A stretch of 64,000 nucleotides of DNA, taken from assembly GCF_036971445.1 (NCBI RefSeq), contig NC_091469.1, positions 460,598,001 to 460,662,000 on the forward strand, read 5' to 3'. Position numbers and translations under genes: made by a program. Source of the DNA: Narcine bancroftii. Taxonomy: Eukaryota. Below, one piece after another: positions 11,360 through 23,645 of this stretch (position 1 is the stretch's first letter; every line of letters starts with the position of its first letter). The notes below the pieces were generated by a model. The model worked only from the letters and a program-made list of their open reading frames with translations. It was not told the DNA's origin and did not search any database.

Positions 11360-13772
11360 GGTGTTGGGTGGGGGGGGGGTGGTGGGGTTGGATGGCAAGA
11401 TGGCATAAAGGTGCAGTTCCACCTTTCCCCAGTTAGACTTACAAATACCCGATTTTAAAAGTTGTAAAAGTGGTTAAAAATAGTACTTACAGACTTTGGA
11501 ATAGTGGAGGATTAAAATGGCTACAAACAGGAAGAAATCAAAAACTCAATTACAAAAGAAACTACCTTATAAAAGTTTTGAAGAATTGAGGCCTACCTAC
11601 CAAGTTGAAGCCACGGAGTCACTGACTGGAGCTCCCAAGCCTCAAAGGACCCCTGCTTGGCTGAGTATTACACCAGCGCTGATCATGCATCCACAAGATG
11701 GTGCCAGTTCTGTGATGAGCTCAGCCGGCCCTGACTCATGCCCCCGTGAACCCGGGTGTGCGGGTGGATCGGCCGAGCGGGGACAGACGCATGAGTCCGC
11801 AGTAGTGCCTGGTGGTCTAGTGGCACACAGTGTAGCGTGGGAGGATGCACCTGTGCAGTCGACAACTCTTCCGGGCATGCGCAGTGTGTTGCGAATTCGG
11901 GAATTGTTAGAGAAGTTGTGGGCTGTGGGGGAACCTGAAAGATGGCGGGCTGGCGAGGTCGGCACGCTGTCAACAGGTATCCAGACCCGCAGCCACAATG
12001 GAAGAGGAATCATCGTGTCAGAAGAGGAAGAGAGCCCAGCGCTATTGGAACCAACACAGGAAGAATATATGGGGGCTGGAACCAGAGAATGAAGGCCTCA
12101 AAGGGAAGTGATGGAACCCTGAATGGATTCTGTGTTTACTATATTGGAAGGGATTGCTCATCAAATGGAAAACATGTCGATGCAGATGTCAACACAGATA
12201 AATCAATGGTTGATGGAAGTGAAAACTAAAATGAACAATATGTGTGAAGAGATGACTTCTAAGAAGAAATTATGACTGTAGTTAAAAGTGATGTTAGTAG
12301 ATGTATAAAAACAGTGGACACTGTACAGGATAATTAAAAAAAAATTGAAGAAGCCTTTTTTGAATGTAAGAACCAAGTGAATCGCAATAGAGTAAAAATG
12401 GAAAGAGTGGAGAATTCTTTTGTGGATTGGGAGATTCAGAAGAAGTAATTATTGAAGAAGATTGATTCATTAGAGAATCAAGGTTGAATAAATAATGTAA
12501 AAATAGTAGGTCTTCCAGAAGATATGGAAGGTTCAGATCTGGTAAAGTTTTTTAAGAAATGGATTCCTGAGGTACTGGGCAATGATTTTTTTCCAGATGG
12601 TTTGGAGCTAAACTGGGCCCATAGAGCACTGAGGAAAAACCCGTTTCCAGGTCAACCACCATGAGCAGTTTTGATTCGTTGCTTGAACTATCAGGACAGA
12701 GAAATTATATTACGAATTGTGGTGAAGAAGGCAAGGCAAAATCAGACTCCAATGATGGTTCAAAATAACACAGTGTTTTTTGATGCTGATCTGAGTCAAT
12801 AAATTATTAGAAGGCGCCGAAAATTTAATTCAGCAAAAGAAGTATTGTGGTGAAAGGGTTATAAATTCGCTTTTCGTTACCCGGCTGTATTGAAAGTTTT
12901 TTGTGGGAATTTTCAATCTCAATTTTTTGAAAATGATCAGGATGCATTAATTTTTGCTAATTCATTGCCAGATTTACGAGGAAGTGGACGGTCGCCATTA
13001 TCGTCGCCTTGAAGGAGGGTAAATGGCAATGGAAATGGGAAGAATGGGAAACACGGAAAGAGTGGAAAGAAAGTTGAACTGACGCAAAGTCTTCTTGATA
13101 TTGAGGATCCGGAACAATCATTGGGACTGGAATCATTGGGTTGAATATATTTGATTAAGTACTTTGTGAAAGTCTAACTGGGGGAGCGGCGGGGTGGATG
13201 ACACTGAGACCTTTAATAGTTATCTGCCACTAGTGGGTTTTACCACACCCAGATTTTTAGGGAGTTATTACTTCTTAGTAGTTTGTTGGGGGGGGGGAGT
13301 ATATTTTTTTTATTTCTTTGACTTTTTGGAATTTTTATATAGGGGAGGGTTTAGAATATTAAGGGAATTAGAAAGAGGAGTAATATTTTATAGTAGTATG
13401 AAATATATTATTAAATTGAAGAAATTTCTAATTGAACTTTGCAACTTTTATTGTCCAGGGTTTGTATAATCCAATTAAGCGTAAACGAGTATTGGCTTAC
13501 ATAAAAAGAATGAAAGTTGATATTGCTTTTATGCAAGAAACGCATATGACCGAAAAAGAACATTTGAAATTGAAGAGAGAGTGAATTTGGAAATACTTTG
13601 AAATATTGTACATATTCTACGTTTTATTTTTATATTTGGCTCCCCTTAAGGGGTCTGGCTGAAGGGGAGAGAGGTTGGGAAGGGTTTTTTGTTTTTTTAT
13701 ATGCAAAAATAGTTTTTTTTTTCTGTTATTTTTGATTGTAAGTTAAAATATTTTAAATAAAGTTTTTTGAAA
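11360..13772 (+). mobile_element. L1-clade element with 5' UTR, decayed ORF1, a stub of ORF2 and 3' UTR (internally deleted)
   Basis: ORF1 from ATG 11517 to ~13144 with L1 ORF1 motifs (NNVKIVGLPE, AHRA, RYPAVLKV); endonuclease stub NPIKRKRV...DIAFMQETH ~13460-13583; AATAAA and A-rich end; 15-bp TSD AAGAGTCAAGAGGCC/AAGAGTTGAAAGGCC. Confidence 0.85.
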
Positions 13773-14169
13773 AAGAGTTGAAAGGCCATGTTGGAACTCT
13801 GCAAATCTCTGGAGAGATGACACAAAACATTGTGTTCAGTTCTGGTTACCTCATTAGAGGAAGGATGTGGAAGCTATGGAGAGGGTGAAAAGGAAATTTA
13901 TCAGGATGTTTTCTGGATTGGAAAATAAGTCTTATGAGGCAAGGTTAGCAGAGCTGGGACGTTTCTCTTTGGAGGGAAAAAGGATGAGAGGAGACCTAAT
14001 AGAGGACTACAAGATTATGAAAGGCATAGATGGGGTGGACAGCCAGCTCCTTTTTCCCATGGCAGGAATAGCAAACACCAGAGGACATATGTTAAAAAGT
14101 AAAGGGAGGAAAGTTTAGAAGAGACATCTGGGGTATCTATTTTGTACACAGAGAGTTGTAGGTGCCTGT

Positions 14170-16226
14170 CTTTGGCTTGGCTTCGCGGACGAAGATTTAT
14201 GGAGAGGGTAAAAGTCCACGTCAGCTGCAGGCTCGTTTGTGGCTGACAAGTCTGATGCGGGACAGGCAGACACGGTTGCAGTGGCTGCAGGGAAAAATTG
14301 GTTGGTTGGGGTTGGGTGTTGGGTTTTTCCTCCTTTGCCTTTTGTCAGTGAGGTGGACTCTGCGGTCTTCTTCAAAGGAGGTTGCTGCCCGCCAAACTGT
14401 GAGGCGCCAAGATGCATGGTTTGAGGCGATATCAGCCCACTGGCGGTGGTCAATGTGGCAGGCACCAAGAGATTTCTTTAGGCAGTCCTTGTACCTTTTC
14501 TTTGGTGCACCTCTGTCACGGTGGCCAGTGGAGAGCTCGCCATATAACACGATCTTGCGAAGGCGATGGTCCTCCATTCTGGAGACGTGACCCACCCAGC
14601 GCAGCTGGATCTTCAGCAGCGTGGACTCAATGCTGTCGACCTCTGCCATCTCGAGTACTTCGATGGATGTTGAGGATGGAGCGGAGACAACGCTGGTGGA
14701 AGTGTTCTAGGAGCCGTAGATGATGCCGGTAGAGGACCCATGATTCGGAGCCGAACAGGAGTGTGGGTATGACAACGGCTCTGTACACGCTTATCTTTGT
14801 GAGGTTTTTCAGTTGGTTGTTTTTCCAGAATCTTTTGTGTAGTCTTCCAAAGGCGCTATTTGCCTTGGCGAGTCTGTTGTCTATCTCATTGTCGATCCTT
14901 GCATCTGATGAAATGGTGCAGCCGAGATAGGTAAACTGGTTGACCATTTTGAGTTTTGTGTGCCCGATGGAGATGTGGGGGGAGCTGGCTGATGGGGGAC
15001 CTCAGTTTTCTTCAGGCTGACTTCCAGGCCAAACATTTTGGCAGTTTCCGCAAAGCAGGACGTCAAGCGCTGAAGAGCTGGCTCCGTCGCGCATGCAGCC
15101 ATCTTCAACGCAAACTCCGGGAGATCCAAAATGAGTGGTGGACTAGCCTCGCCAAACGAACCCAGCTCAGCGTGGACATTGGCGACTTCAGGGGTTTCTA
15201 CGAGGCTCTAAAGGCTGTGTACGGCCCCTCACCCCAAGTCCAAAGCCCGCTGCGCAGCTCAGACGGCAATGTCCTCCTCAGCGACAAGATCTCCATCCTC
15301 AACCGATGGTCAGAACACTTCCAATCTCTTTTCAGTGCCAACCGCTCAGTCCAAGATTCCGCCCTGCTCCAGCTCCCTCAACAGCCCCTAAGGCTAGAGC
15401 TGGATGAGACATATAAGGCAATCGAACAACTGAAAAGTGGCAAAGCAGCAGGTATGGATGGAATCCCCCCAGAGGTCTGGAAGGCTGGTGGCAAAACTCT
15501 GCATGCCAAACTTCATGAGTTTTTCAAGTTTTGTTGGGACCAAGGAAAACTGCCTCAGGACCTTCGTGATGCCACCATCATCACCCTGTACAAAAACAAA
15601 GGCGAGAAATCAGACTGCTCAAACTACAGGGGAATCACGCTGCTCTCCATTGCAGGCAAAATCTTCGCTAGGATTCTACTAAATAGAATAATACCTAGTG
15701 TCGCCGAAAATATTCTCCCAGAATCACAGTGCGGCTTTCGCGCAAACAGAGGATCTACTGACATGGTCTTTGCTCTCAGACAGCTCCAAGAAAAGTGCAG
15801 AGAACAAAACAAAGGACTCTACATCACCTTTGTTGACCTCACCAAAGCCTTCGACACCGTGAGCAGGAAAGGGCTTTGGCAAATACTAGAGCGCATCGGA
15901 TGTCCCCCAAAGTTCCTCAACATGATTATCCAACTGCACGAAAACCAACAAGGTCGGGTCAGATACAGCAATGAGCTCTCTGAACCCTGCTCCATTAACA
16001 ATGGCATGAAGCAAGGCTGTGTTCTCGCACCAACCCTCTTTTCAATCTTCTTCAGCATGATGCTGAACCAAGCCATGAAAGACCCCAACAATGAAGACGC
16101 TGTTTACATCCGGTACCGCACGGATGGCAGTCTCTTCAATCTGAGGCGCCTGCAAGCTCACACCGAGACACAAGAGAAACTTGTCCGTGAACTACTCTTT
16201 GCAGACGATGCCGCTTTAGTTGCCCA
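14170..16226 (-). mobile_element. RTE-clade (BovB-like) LINE with 5' inversion
   Basis: 3' part on minus 14170-~15084 (FTYLGCTIS, QLRWVGHVSRM, CSHC..RIRLVSH zinc motif, GCCAAGCCAAAG tail); 5' part on plus ~15084-16226; perfect 14-bp TSD TTGTAGGTGCCTGT. Confidence 0.93.
15084..16226 (+). pseudogene. RTE reverse transcriptase segment (open frame within ORF 14956-16242)
   Basis: KAAGMDGIPPE, NYRGITLLS, QCGFR, FVDLTKAFD, GMKQGCVLAP, LLFADD motifs; truncated just after FADD by the inversion. Confidence 0.9.
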
Positions 16227-16664
16227 TTGTAGGTGCCTGTAATGCCTTACCAAGGATGGTGGTGGAGCTGAAACATTAGGAGCATTTAAGAGACCCTCAA
16301 ACATGCACATGAATAGAAGAAAAATAGAGGGTTAAGGGGTAGGGAGGGTTTAGTATTTTTTAAAGAACATATGGGTCGGAACAACATCGAGGGCCAAAGG
16401 GCCTGTACTCTGTTGTAGTGTTCTATGTTCTAAATTGAGTCATATTCACCACTTCAGGTGGCAACTTGTTGTTCACTCCCACACATAAGAAACAAAATGT
16501 TAATTGTGATTACAGTAATTCAGAAGGCAAATGGAATTCTGGGCTTCATAGTAAATGAAGAGAACAAGAGAACCATAGAAAACAGTCCCTCTAGTCTGCA
16601 CCAAAATATTATTCTGTGTAGTCACGCTGACCTCCACCCAGTTAATCGCCCTCTATACTCACAA

Positions 16665-17618
16665 TCAACATCTCTTCCTCACTGATCATCAACACAGGTG
16701 CACCCCAAGGATGTGTGCGTAGCCCACCGCTCTACTCATTATATGCCTATGACTGTGTGGCCAGGCACAAATGCCATCTACAAGTTTGCTGATAACAACA
16801 CAGTTGTTGACAGAATCTCAAATGGGAATGAGAAAGCATACTGGAGGGAGATAGATAAGCTCATTGAATGGAGTCAAGACAAAAAGCTTGATCTCAACGT
16901 CAACAAAACCAAGGAGATGATTGTGGAAGTCAGGGGAGCACGACTCATTCCTCATCAAGGGGTCAGTAGTGGAGAGGGTCAAAAACTTCCAATTCCTGGG
17001 TGTCAACATCACCGAGAATCTGTCCTGGAGCCTCCACATTGATGCAATCGCAAAGAAGGTTTGCCAGCAGCTATAATTAGTGAGGTGTCTGCAGAGGTTC
17101 AGTATGTCACTGAAGACTCTCGTAAACTTCTACAGGTTTACCATAGAGTCCATTCTGACTGGTTGCATCACTGCCTGGTACGGAGCCACCAACTCTCAGG
17201 ACAAGAATAAACTCCAGAGGGTTGTTAACTCAGCCTGCGACATCACAGGCACCAGACCTCACTCCATCAAGGACATCTACATCAGGCGGTGTCTTAAAAA
17301 AAGCAGCCTCTACCCTCAAAGACCCTTACCACCTAGGCCATGCCTTCTTCACTCTGCTGCCACCAGGGAAAATGTTCAAGAGCCTAACGACAAGCACTCA
17401 GCGGCACAAGGACAGCTTCTTCCCCGCTGCCATCAGATTCCTGAATGATCAATACACTTGTTGTGCACTGTTATTCTATTATTATTATTTGATTTTGATT
17501 TTTTAATAGAAATCTCATGAGATGGTTATCATATGTATGTTTTCACTATGACGCTGCCACAAAACTCCGAATTTCTTGACTTGTTCATAACAATAAATCC
17601 TGATTCTGATTCTGATTC
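16665..17618 (+). mobile_element. Rex-Babar LINE 3' part inserted in a minus-strand CR1 3' end
   Basis: YKFADNNTVV, LNVNKTKEMIV, FYRFTIESILTGCITAWYG; (ATTCTG)n tail. Confidence 0.85.
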
Positions 17619-17619
17619 C

Positions 17620-18020
17620 TGATACCCTTCCCATTCACGTTGCCTGCACAAGTTTTTCTTAAATGTTCAAAATGAGCTCACATTCACCACTTCAGCTGGC
17701 TGCTCGTTGAAAGCTCCCGCTATCCTAACATTGCTCTTAAAATGTTTCCCTCTCACCCCCAATCCATGTCCTCTGGTTTGCATCTATTTTTATGGGAAAA
17801 AAAAGCCTACTTGCATTTTCTCTATCTATACTTCTCGTAATTTTGTGTACCTCAATGAAATCTCCCCTCATTCTTCTTTTCTCCAGGGAATAAAGTCCTA
17901 ACCTGTTTAATTTTTTTCCTTGTAACTCAGTTCCTCAAGACCCAACAACATCCTAGTAAATTTTCTCTACACTGCACACCATATCCAAATATGGCCTCAC
18001 CAATATCTTATACAACCTTT
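17620..18020 (-). mobile_element. CR1 LINE 3' fragment
   Basis: Homologous to 28040-28424 and 41760-42635 (CCAGGGAATAAAGTCCTAACC). Confidence 0.75.
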
Positions 18021-18509
18021 TTTTTTTAACTTAAATTCCCAATAACTTTGAGCAATGAATGCTTTAGTACATTCAGATTCAGAGATAACCACAGGAATCC
18101 TTCTGGTAATATGAGCTACAGGTTAGCCAAAGCACGTCAGTTATAACCTGCTGAATTATTAAATAAACATGGTAAATAGGGAATAGAACTGGAGATACTG
18201 TAACTCACTGCACACACTTAACAAGTACAACTTCCCTGCGAGTGAGAACAAATAATACATACCAAAGAATTTTTAAAATGAAAACGTGTACATTTTGCAT
18301 ATTGATATTTGCACTACATATTTCAGAAAAACATGCACAGAGCAATGACTTGGGAGGGAGAAGAGAGTATGGCTCGTGCGGGATGAGTCCTTCGATAGGC
18401 TGGGTGCTTTTGTGAGTCAAGAGGAAATATAGATGGGGTTGATGGAGGGGACAGGGCACTTGTGAGCTTGTCTGAGTCACTCGGCAGCAACCTGAGTAGG
18501 CCAACGCCC

Positions 18510-19305
18510 ACACCACTCAGTGATGCCTCTTGACAGGATACTTTCAGTGGGTGCGTCTGTAGAAGATGTTAAGGGATGCAGGTGAAACACAAAATTCCCT
18601 CGTGCTTCGAAGGAAGTAGAGAGGCAGGTTTGCTTTCTTGATGTCGTGTTGACGTGGTTTGACCAGGACAGGTTGTTGGAGGTGTTTCCACCTCAAAAAT
18701 TAAAGATGATTACCCTCTCCATACCAGTGCCATTGATGCAGACAGGAGAGTGAACTCTTCCTCTTTCCTGGAAGTCTAAATCCTACTCTTTAGTTTTGTT
18801 GACATTGACAGAAAGTTTGCTGTCCTGGTACCATGCCTTACATTCTGATTCATCACTGTTTGGGATCCGGCTTATGACTGTGAATTCACGTGCAAATTTA
18901 AAGATGGAGTTGGAGCAGTGTTTTGCCATACAGCTATGGATAGACAGCAAGTAGAGGACTGAATATACAGTCTTGTGGGGCCTCAGTATTAAGAATGGTT
19001 GTGGGAGTGATCCTGCCACAAATCTCACTGATTGCAGTCTGCAGGATGGACAGGAAGTCATGGATCCAATCGCAGAGAGGGCTGCTGATCCAAGGTCATG
19101 GAGTTTGGGAATGACTCTCTTTGGGTTGATGCCGATGAAGGCGGAGCTGTAGTTAATGAATAGTACTCTGACATTAGTGTCCTTGTCCACATATGGCAGA
19201 GTTGAGTGTCAGGTCAGGGAGATGGCATTTGCCTTGACCTGTTGTGGCAGTAGGTGTATTGTTGTGAGTTGGGCTTGGTTGGGAGGCTGGAGTTGATGTT
19301 AGAGA
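18510..19305 (-). mobile_element. Rex-Babar RT fragment
   Basis: ORF 18783-19190: VRVLFINYSSAF...IFKFA...LSVNVNKTKE. Confidence 0.8.
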
Positions 19306-19439
19306 TCACACACCACCAGATTCCCAGGACAGATTATTTCTTACTGTTATCAGAGTCCTGAATGAACCTCACATGAGTAAACAAAAAGCCTTTGCTTCAT
19401 TCTAACTGATCTCCCTGTAACTTTACACCTGTACTGTTT

Positions 19440-19640
19440 TAATTTAATTTAGACATGAGCCCATGTAGCCAAAATACCCCAATTAACACAATCCCTGTAG
19501 ATTTTGAAGGGTTGGGGGAAATTGGAGCACCCAGAGGAAGCCCACACAGATACGGGGAGAAGGTACAACTCCTTACAGACAACCATGTCGTTGATGCTGT
19601 AACAGCGTGACACTAACCACTACATTAACTGTGCCATCCA
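19440..19640 (-). mobile_element. tRNA-derived SINE inside a Rex 3' end
   Basis: CCCACACAGATACGGGGAGAAGGTACAACTCCTTACAGAC core, as in the other SINE copies. Confidence 0.65.
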
Positions 19641-20281
19641 ACTGTTACCTTGCTGCACTCTGTATAGGTTAACAACCTGGATGACGCATAAAACAAACTT
19701 TCTCATGGTGGCAATAAACTTGAATATAATTCAGCAGAGTATATTCAGGAAGTGAAAATAGACTAGAGTTTCTGATCCAAACATACACAGTGACAAGGAG
19801 AATATATTAATTCATCATAAACTACACCAAAGGAGAAGATTGAACTGAAGTCGCTAACTGCCACACTTTCGCAAGGTTTGTTTCTCCAGAAGAAGTTGAG
19901 GGGATTTGGAGGAAGTCTTTCACAATCAAAAGACTTTAGGTTCAGTGCAGAGTTAGCAATAAATATATCATGTTTAAATAATAAATCAAAGGTGTCATGA
20001 AGAAATAAAATATTAATTCAACAGTGGGTTACTGTTAATCTGGAATACATTGCAAGGATGATGGAAGCAGAATTAATGATAATTTCCAAAATGTTTTTGT
20101 TGAATATTTGAAGGGAAAACATTTTCAATCAGTGGGAATAAATTTTATATATTTGGAAATGTGGAAGAAAATTGTTTTTCTCTTGAAGATAAGGAGAGAG
20201 CATGATCGGGTAGTACCAGATGCTTGAGTTAAAAGAGATGAAATACAGGGATGTAAAAAGGAATTTGTTGGTAAAAGTAGT

Positions 20282-23200
20282 TGTGGCGGTACACAACCAG
20301 CCTACTGAAGGGGCAACCTCTGTACCTGCAGGAGTGTAAGGGGACAGGACAACACCTGGCTGGCTGCCAATCAGTCGGCCTGAATATATCCCTCTGGGAT
20401 ATAAGACTGTGCCGGCCTCCCAAAGACTCACACTGAGTTGCTGCAGACACAGCCAGCCTGGCTCTGTGGAGGTTTTTGTGGATTAAAGCCTGTTGTTCAG
20501 ACTTTACCTTGTGTGTGTCTGATTCTGTCTAACAGCGCATCACAATTTAATCCACAAAATTTTACCATGGCTGCCATGGAAAAACTCCTGTGCGCAGGGA
20601 GCCTCGAGGTCAACCCATGCCACCTGGAAGCCCAGACATGCTTCAAGATCTGGCAGCACGTGGTTGAAGCATTCATCGAGGCACATGACGGCAACATCTT
20701 GGACTCTGATCGGAAGAGATTGGTCCTACTCCGGTCAAAGCTGGGTCCCCGAGCCTTCCAGGTAATCAAAGGCTGCACCACGTACAAGAGCACAATGGAA
20801 ACTACTGAGAACTTGTGCAAGCCCCTAATGAATGTGGTCTGTGCAAGGTACCTCCTCAACACCCGAGCCCAGCAACCCGGGGAGATGGCTGAGTCTTACC
20901 TGGGACATTTGCAAGAGTTGGCCCAACCGTGTCTGGCTGAACCCGGGTTAGGTGTAGAGGAGGTCAGGAGGCTGATCCGGGATGCCTTCGTCCGAGGGCT
21001 ATGCTCGAAGGCCATCCAACAGAAGCTGCTGGAAGACAACATCTATGCCCTAACCAGGACTGTGGAAGTATTCCAAACCCTGGAAGCAGCAGCCCTGCAC
21101 GTCAAAGCCTTAAATTCTGGTTTTCCCCAGACTCCCTCATGGCCCTCTCACACTGCAGCTGCAGCCCCAGGCCAAGCTGGGGAGGAGAAGGTTGCTGTGG
21201 CAGGTGCCCGGCACCTCTGTAAGTACTGTTGGTCCCGGTGTGGGTCAGATCGATGATCACCCAAAATTACCCAGCTAGGAACCTGCATTGTTCCCAATGC
21301 AGCAAGAAAGGCCACTTGGCAAAAATGTGCCTCTCTAAAACTGCTGCCACATCAGCAGCCCTATATGACCTCCCTACCTCCCCTGCAGACACCCCCACGT
21401 GCGCATTCTGGATGGCGCCATTGTCCCCGCGACGACTTCTGTCTTCCCCGACTTCGACCGCTCAACATCTGGCCCCACCAGCAACTGTTGCAGCATGTGT
21501 CCTGAGCATCTGCACCAGACCTCTCCGTCCCCGCTTGCTGAGAACTACAGTGACATCACTTCTGGCTCACGGCATGACGTCACTTTCGGCTGACATCACT
21601 TCTCTGGCGCAGCAGACATGGCTGGGGAAGGAGACCAGCTACGCAGCGGCTCCCTACGTGCCACTGCCATCTTGGGCCAGGCAGTGCCTGACACATAGGG
21701 CCTCTGTAGACGTTGAGAATGATGTGGTCAACACAGGCAATGACCAGTCCACCCTACCAATGCTCCCCATGCCTCCAGGTGCCATCAGCTGCCGCACACC
21801 GCACCCAGCAACTGATGGGAATGTGGTCAACACGGGCGATGACCAGGCCACCCTATTGACGGTCCCCTCACCTGCAGAGGCCATCGGCTACCGCATGCTG
21901 TAACTCACGACCGATGTCGACGTGGTCAACACGGGCGATGACCAGGCCACCCTATCAATGCTCCCCATCCCTCTGGATAGCGATGACTCTGACTCCGAGA
22001 TGGTCCTGGCCGCCACCACGCTGACCAGGGACATTCCCCATGACCTCAGATGCTTGATGATGGACGTGCGAGTCAAAGGGCAGGTAACAAAGTGCCTGTT
22101 GGACAGTGGCAGCACCAAGAGCTTCATTCATCCAAGTGTGGCCCACTCCCTAAGGTTAAAGTTCCACCCCACCACCTGCAAGATCACCCTCGACACCAAG
22201 GATAAGACTATTGGTACCCTCAGGTACTGCTCGGTCGATATAACAGTGGGAGGGGAGATTTACACAGGATTCAGGTTCCTGGTCATGCCTAAACTCTACA
22301 CACCACTCCTCCTGGGCCTGGATTTCCAGTGCCACCTACAGAGTGTCACCCTTGCCTTCGGGGACCACAACCTCCACTCACATTGCACAGCACGCCAACC
22401 TACCAGCCCTGGTCAAACTGCGGCCTATCCACACTGCGCATCACCCCAACGGCACTCTTCCCACATCTTGCACTAGGCTGCAAGCCGAACGCCACCAGAA
22501 GTAGGCACTATTGCGCTGCAGACAGGGACTTCATCAAGGCAGAGGTGCGCCAACTCCTGGCGGAAGGCATAATAGAGCCCAGTAACAGCCCAAATAGAGC
22601 CCAAGTCCTGGTGGTCAAAGGGGGAAGTAAGCCAAGGATGGTTGTGGATTACAGCCAGACCATTAATCGGTACATCCAGCTGGATGCCTACACCCTGCCG
22701 AGGATCACCGACAGGGTCAATGAGATGGCCCACTACCGGGTTTTCTCCACGATTGACCTGAAGTCAGTGTATCACCAAATCCATATCCAGCTGAAGAACA
22801 AGCCCTACACTACCTTTGAGGCAGACGGATGCCTGTACCAGTTCCGCCGGGTTCCTTTTGGGGTCTCTGTCTTCCAGCGGGTGATGGATCAGATAGTAGA
22901 CCAGCATAAGCTGAAGCAACATTCCAATATCTGGATAACGTCACTATCTGCAGCCATGACCAGCAGGACATCGATGCTAACCTGGAAAAATTCCTCCAGA
23001 TGGCCGCGGAGCTGAACTTCATTTACAACAAGGAGAAATGTGTGTTCACTCCCACCCGCCTCGCTATCCTGGGGTACATCATGGCCCATGGCGTTGTCGG
23101 CCCAGATCCAAAAAGGATGCACCCATTAATGGAGTTACCTCTCCCCCCCATGCTAAAAGCCCTCTGCAGGTGCTTGGGCCTGTTCTCTTATTACTCGCAG

Positions 23201-23645
23201 TAGGTCCCTCACTTCTCGGACAAGGTCCGCCCACTTGCTCAAGCCACAACTTTTCTCCTCCCACCTGAGGCACAGGCAACCTTCACCCACATCAGGCAGA
23301 CATCGCAGACTCCACTATGCAGGCTGTGGATGAGGACTTCCCCTTTCAGGTGGAGAGCGATGCCTCCGAGGTGGCCCTTGCTGCTATCCTCATCCAAGGT
23401 GGGGGCTCCCTGTCACTTTCATTCCCCAGGAGGTCGACGACTGGAATGTCATTCCCAGCATGGCTCACGTCCCTGGGACCGGTGCTTCTGCATAAGCATG
23501 TACGGACACATAAGGCCGAAGCCCTGGTGGAGCAGGTTTTCCTCCTTCATGCAAACCACAATTATGCCTATGTTAGGTTCGGCAGTGGCAAGGAGGACAC
23601 TGTCTCAACCAGGGACCTGGCAGCAGCAGGAGCACCCAACACTCC
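20282..23645 (+). mobile_element. Gypsy LTR retrotransposon A (5' LTR, gag, PR, RT, partial RNase H, IN C-terminus; no matching 3' LTR)
   Basis: LTR 20282-20544 (TGTGG...TCACA); gag ORF to 21256 and CSQCSKKGHLAKMC knuckle; LLDSGS protease; RMVVDYSQTINR/FSTIDLKS RT; VESDAS RNase H fused to FPRRS...TVSTRDLA. Confidence 0.9.
21712..21975 (+). repeat. Three ~100-bp-period imperfect repeats in the gag-protease spacer
   Basis: GTGGTCAACACRGGCRATGACCAGKCCACCCTA at ~21724, ~21823 and ~21922. Confidence 0.85.

Larger units (their letters stand above)
10205..16435 (+). mobile_element. CR1 LINE (RT to 3' tail) hosting a minisatellite, an L1 and an RTE
   Basis: CR1 segments 10205-11359, 13773-14169 and 16227-16435 are colinear (SQHGF...FFEKVT...VYMDFNKAF...MRGDLIE...TGTTCTATGTTCT tail) once the TSD-flanked inserts are removed. 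Confidence 0.85.

Noticed and set aside
14956-16242. 428-aa ORF as a functional RT gene
   Set aside because: It is the inverted fragment of an RTE. The N-terminus is antisense RTE sequence and the RT stops right after FADD.
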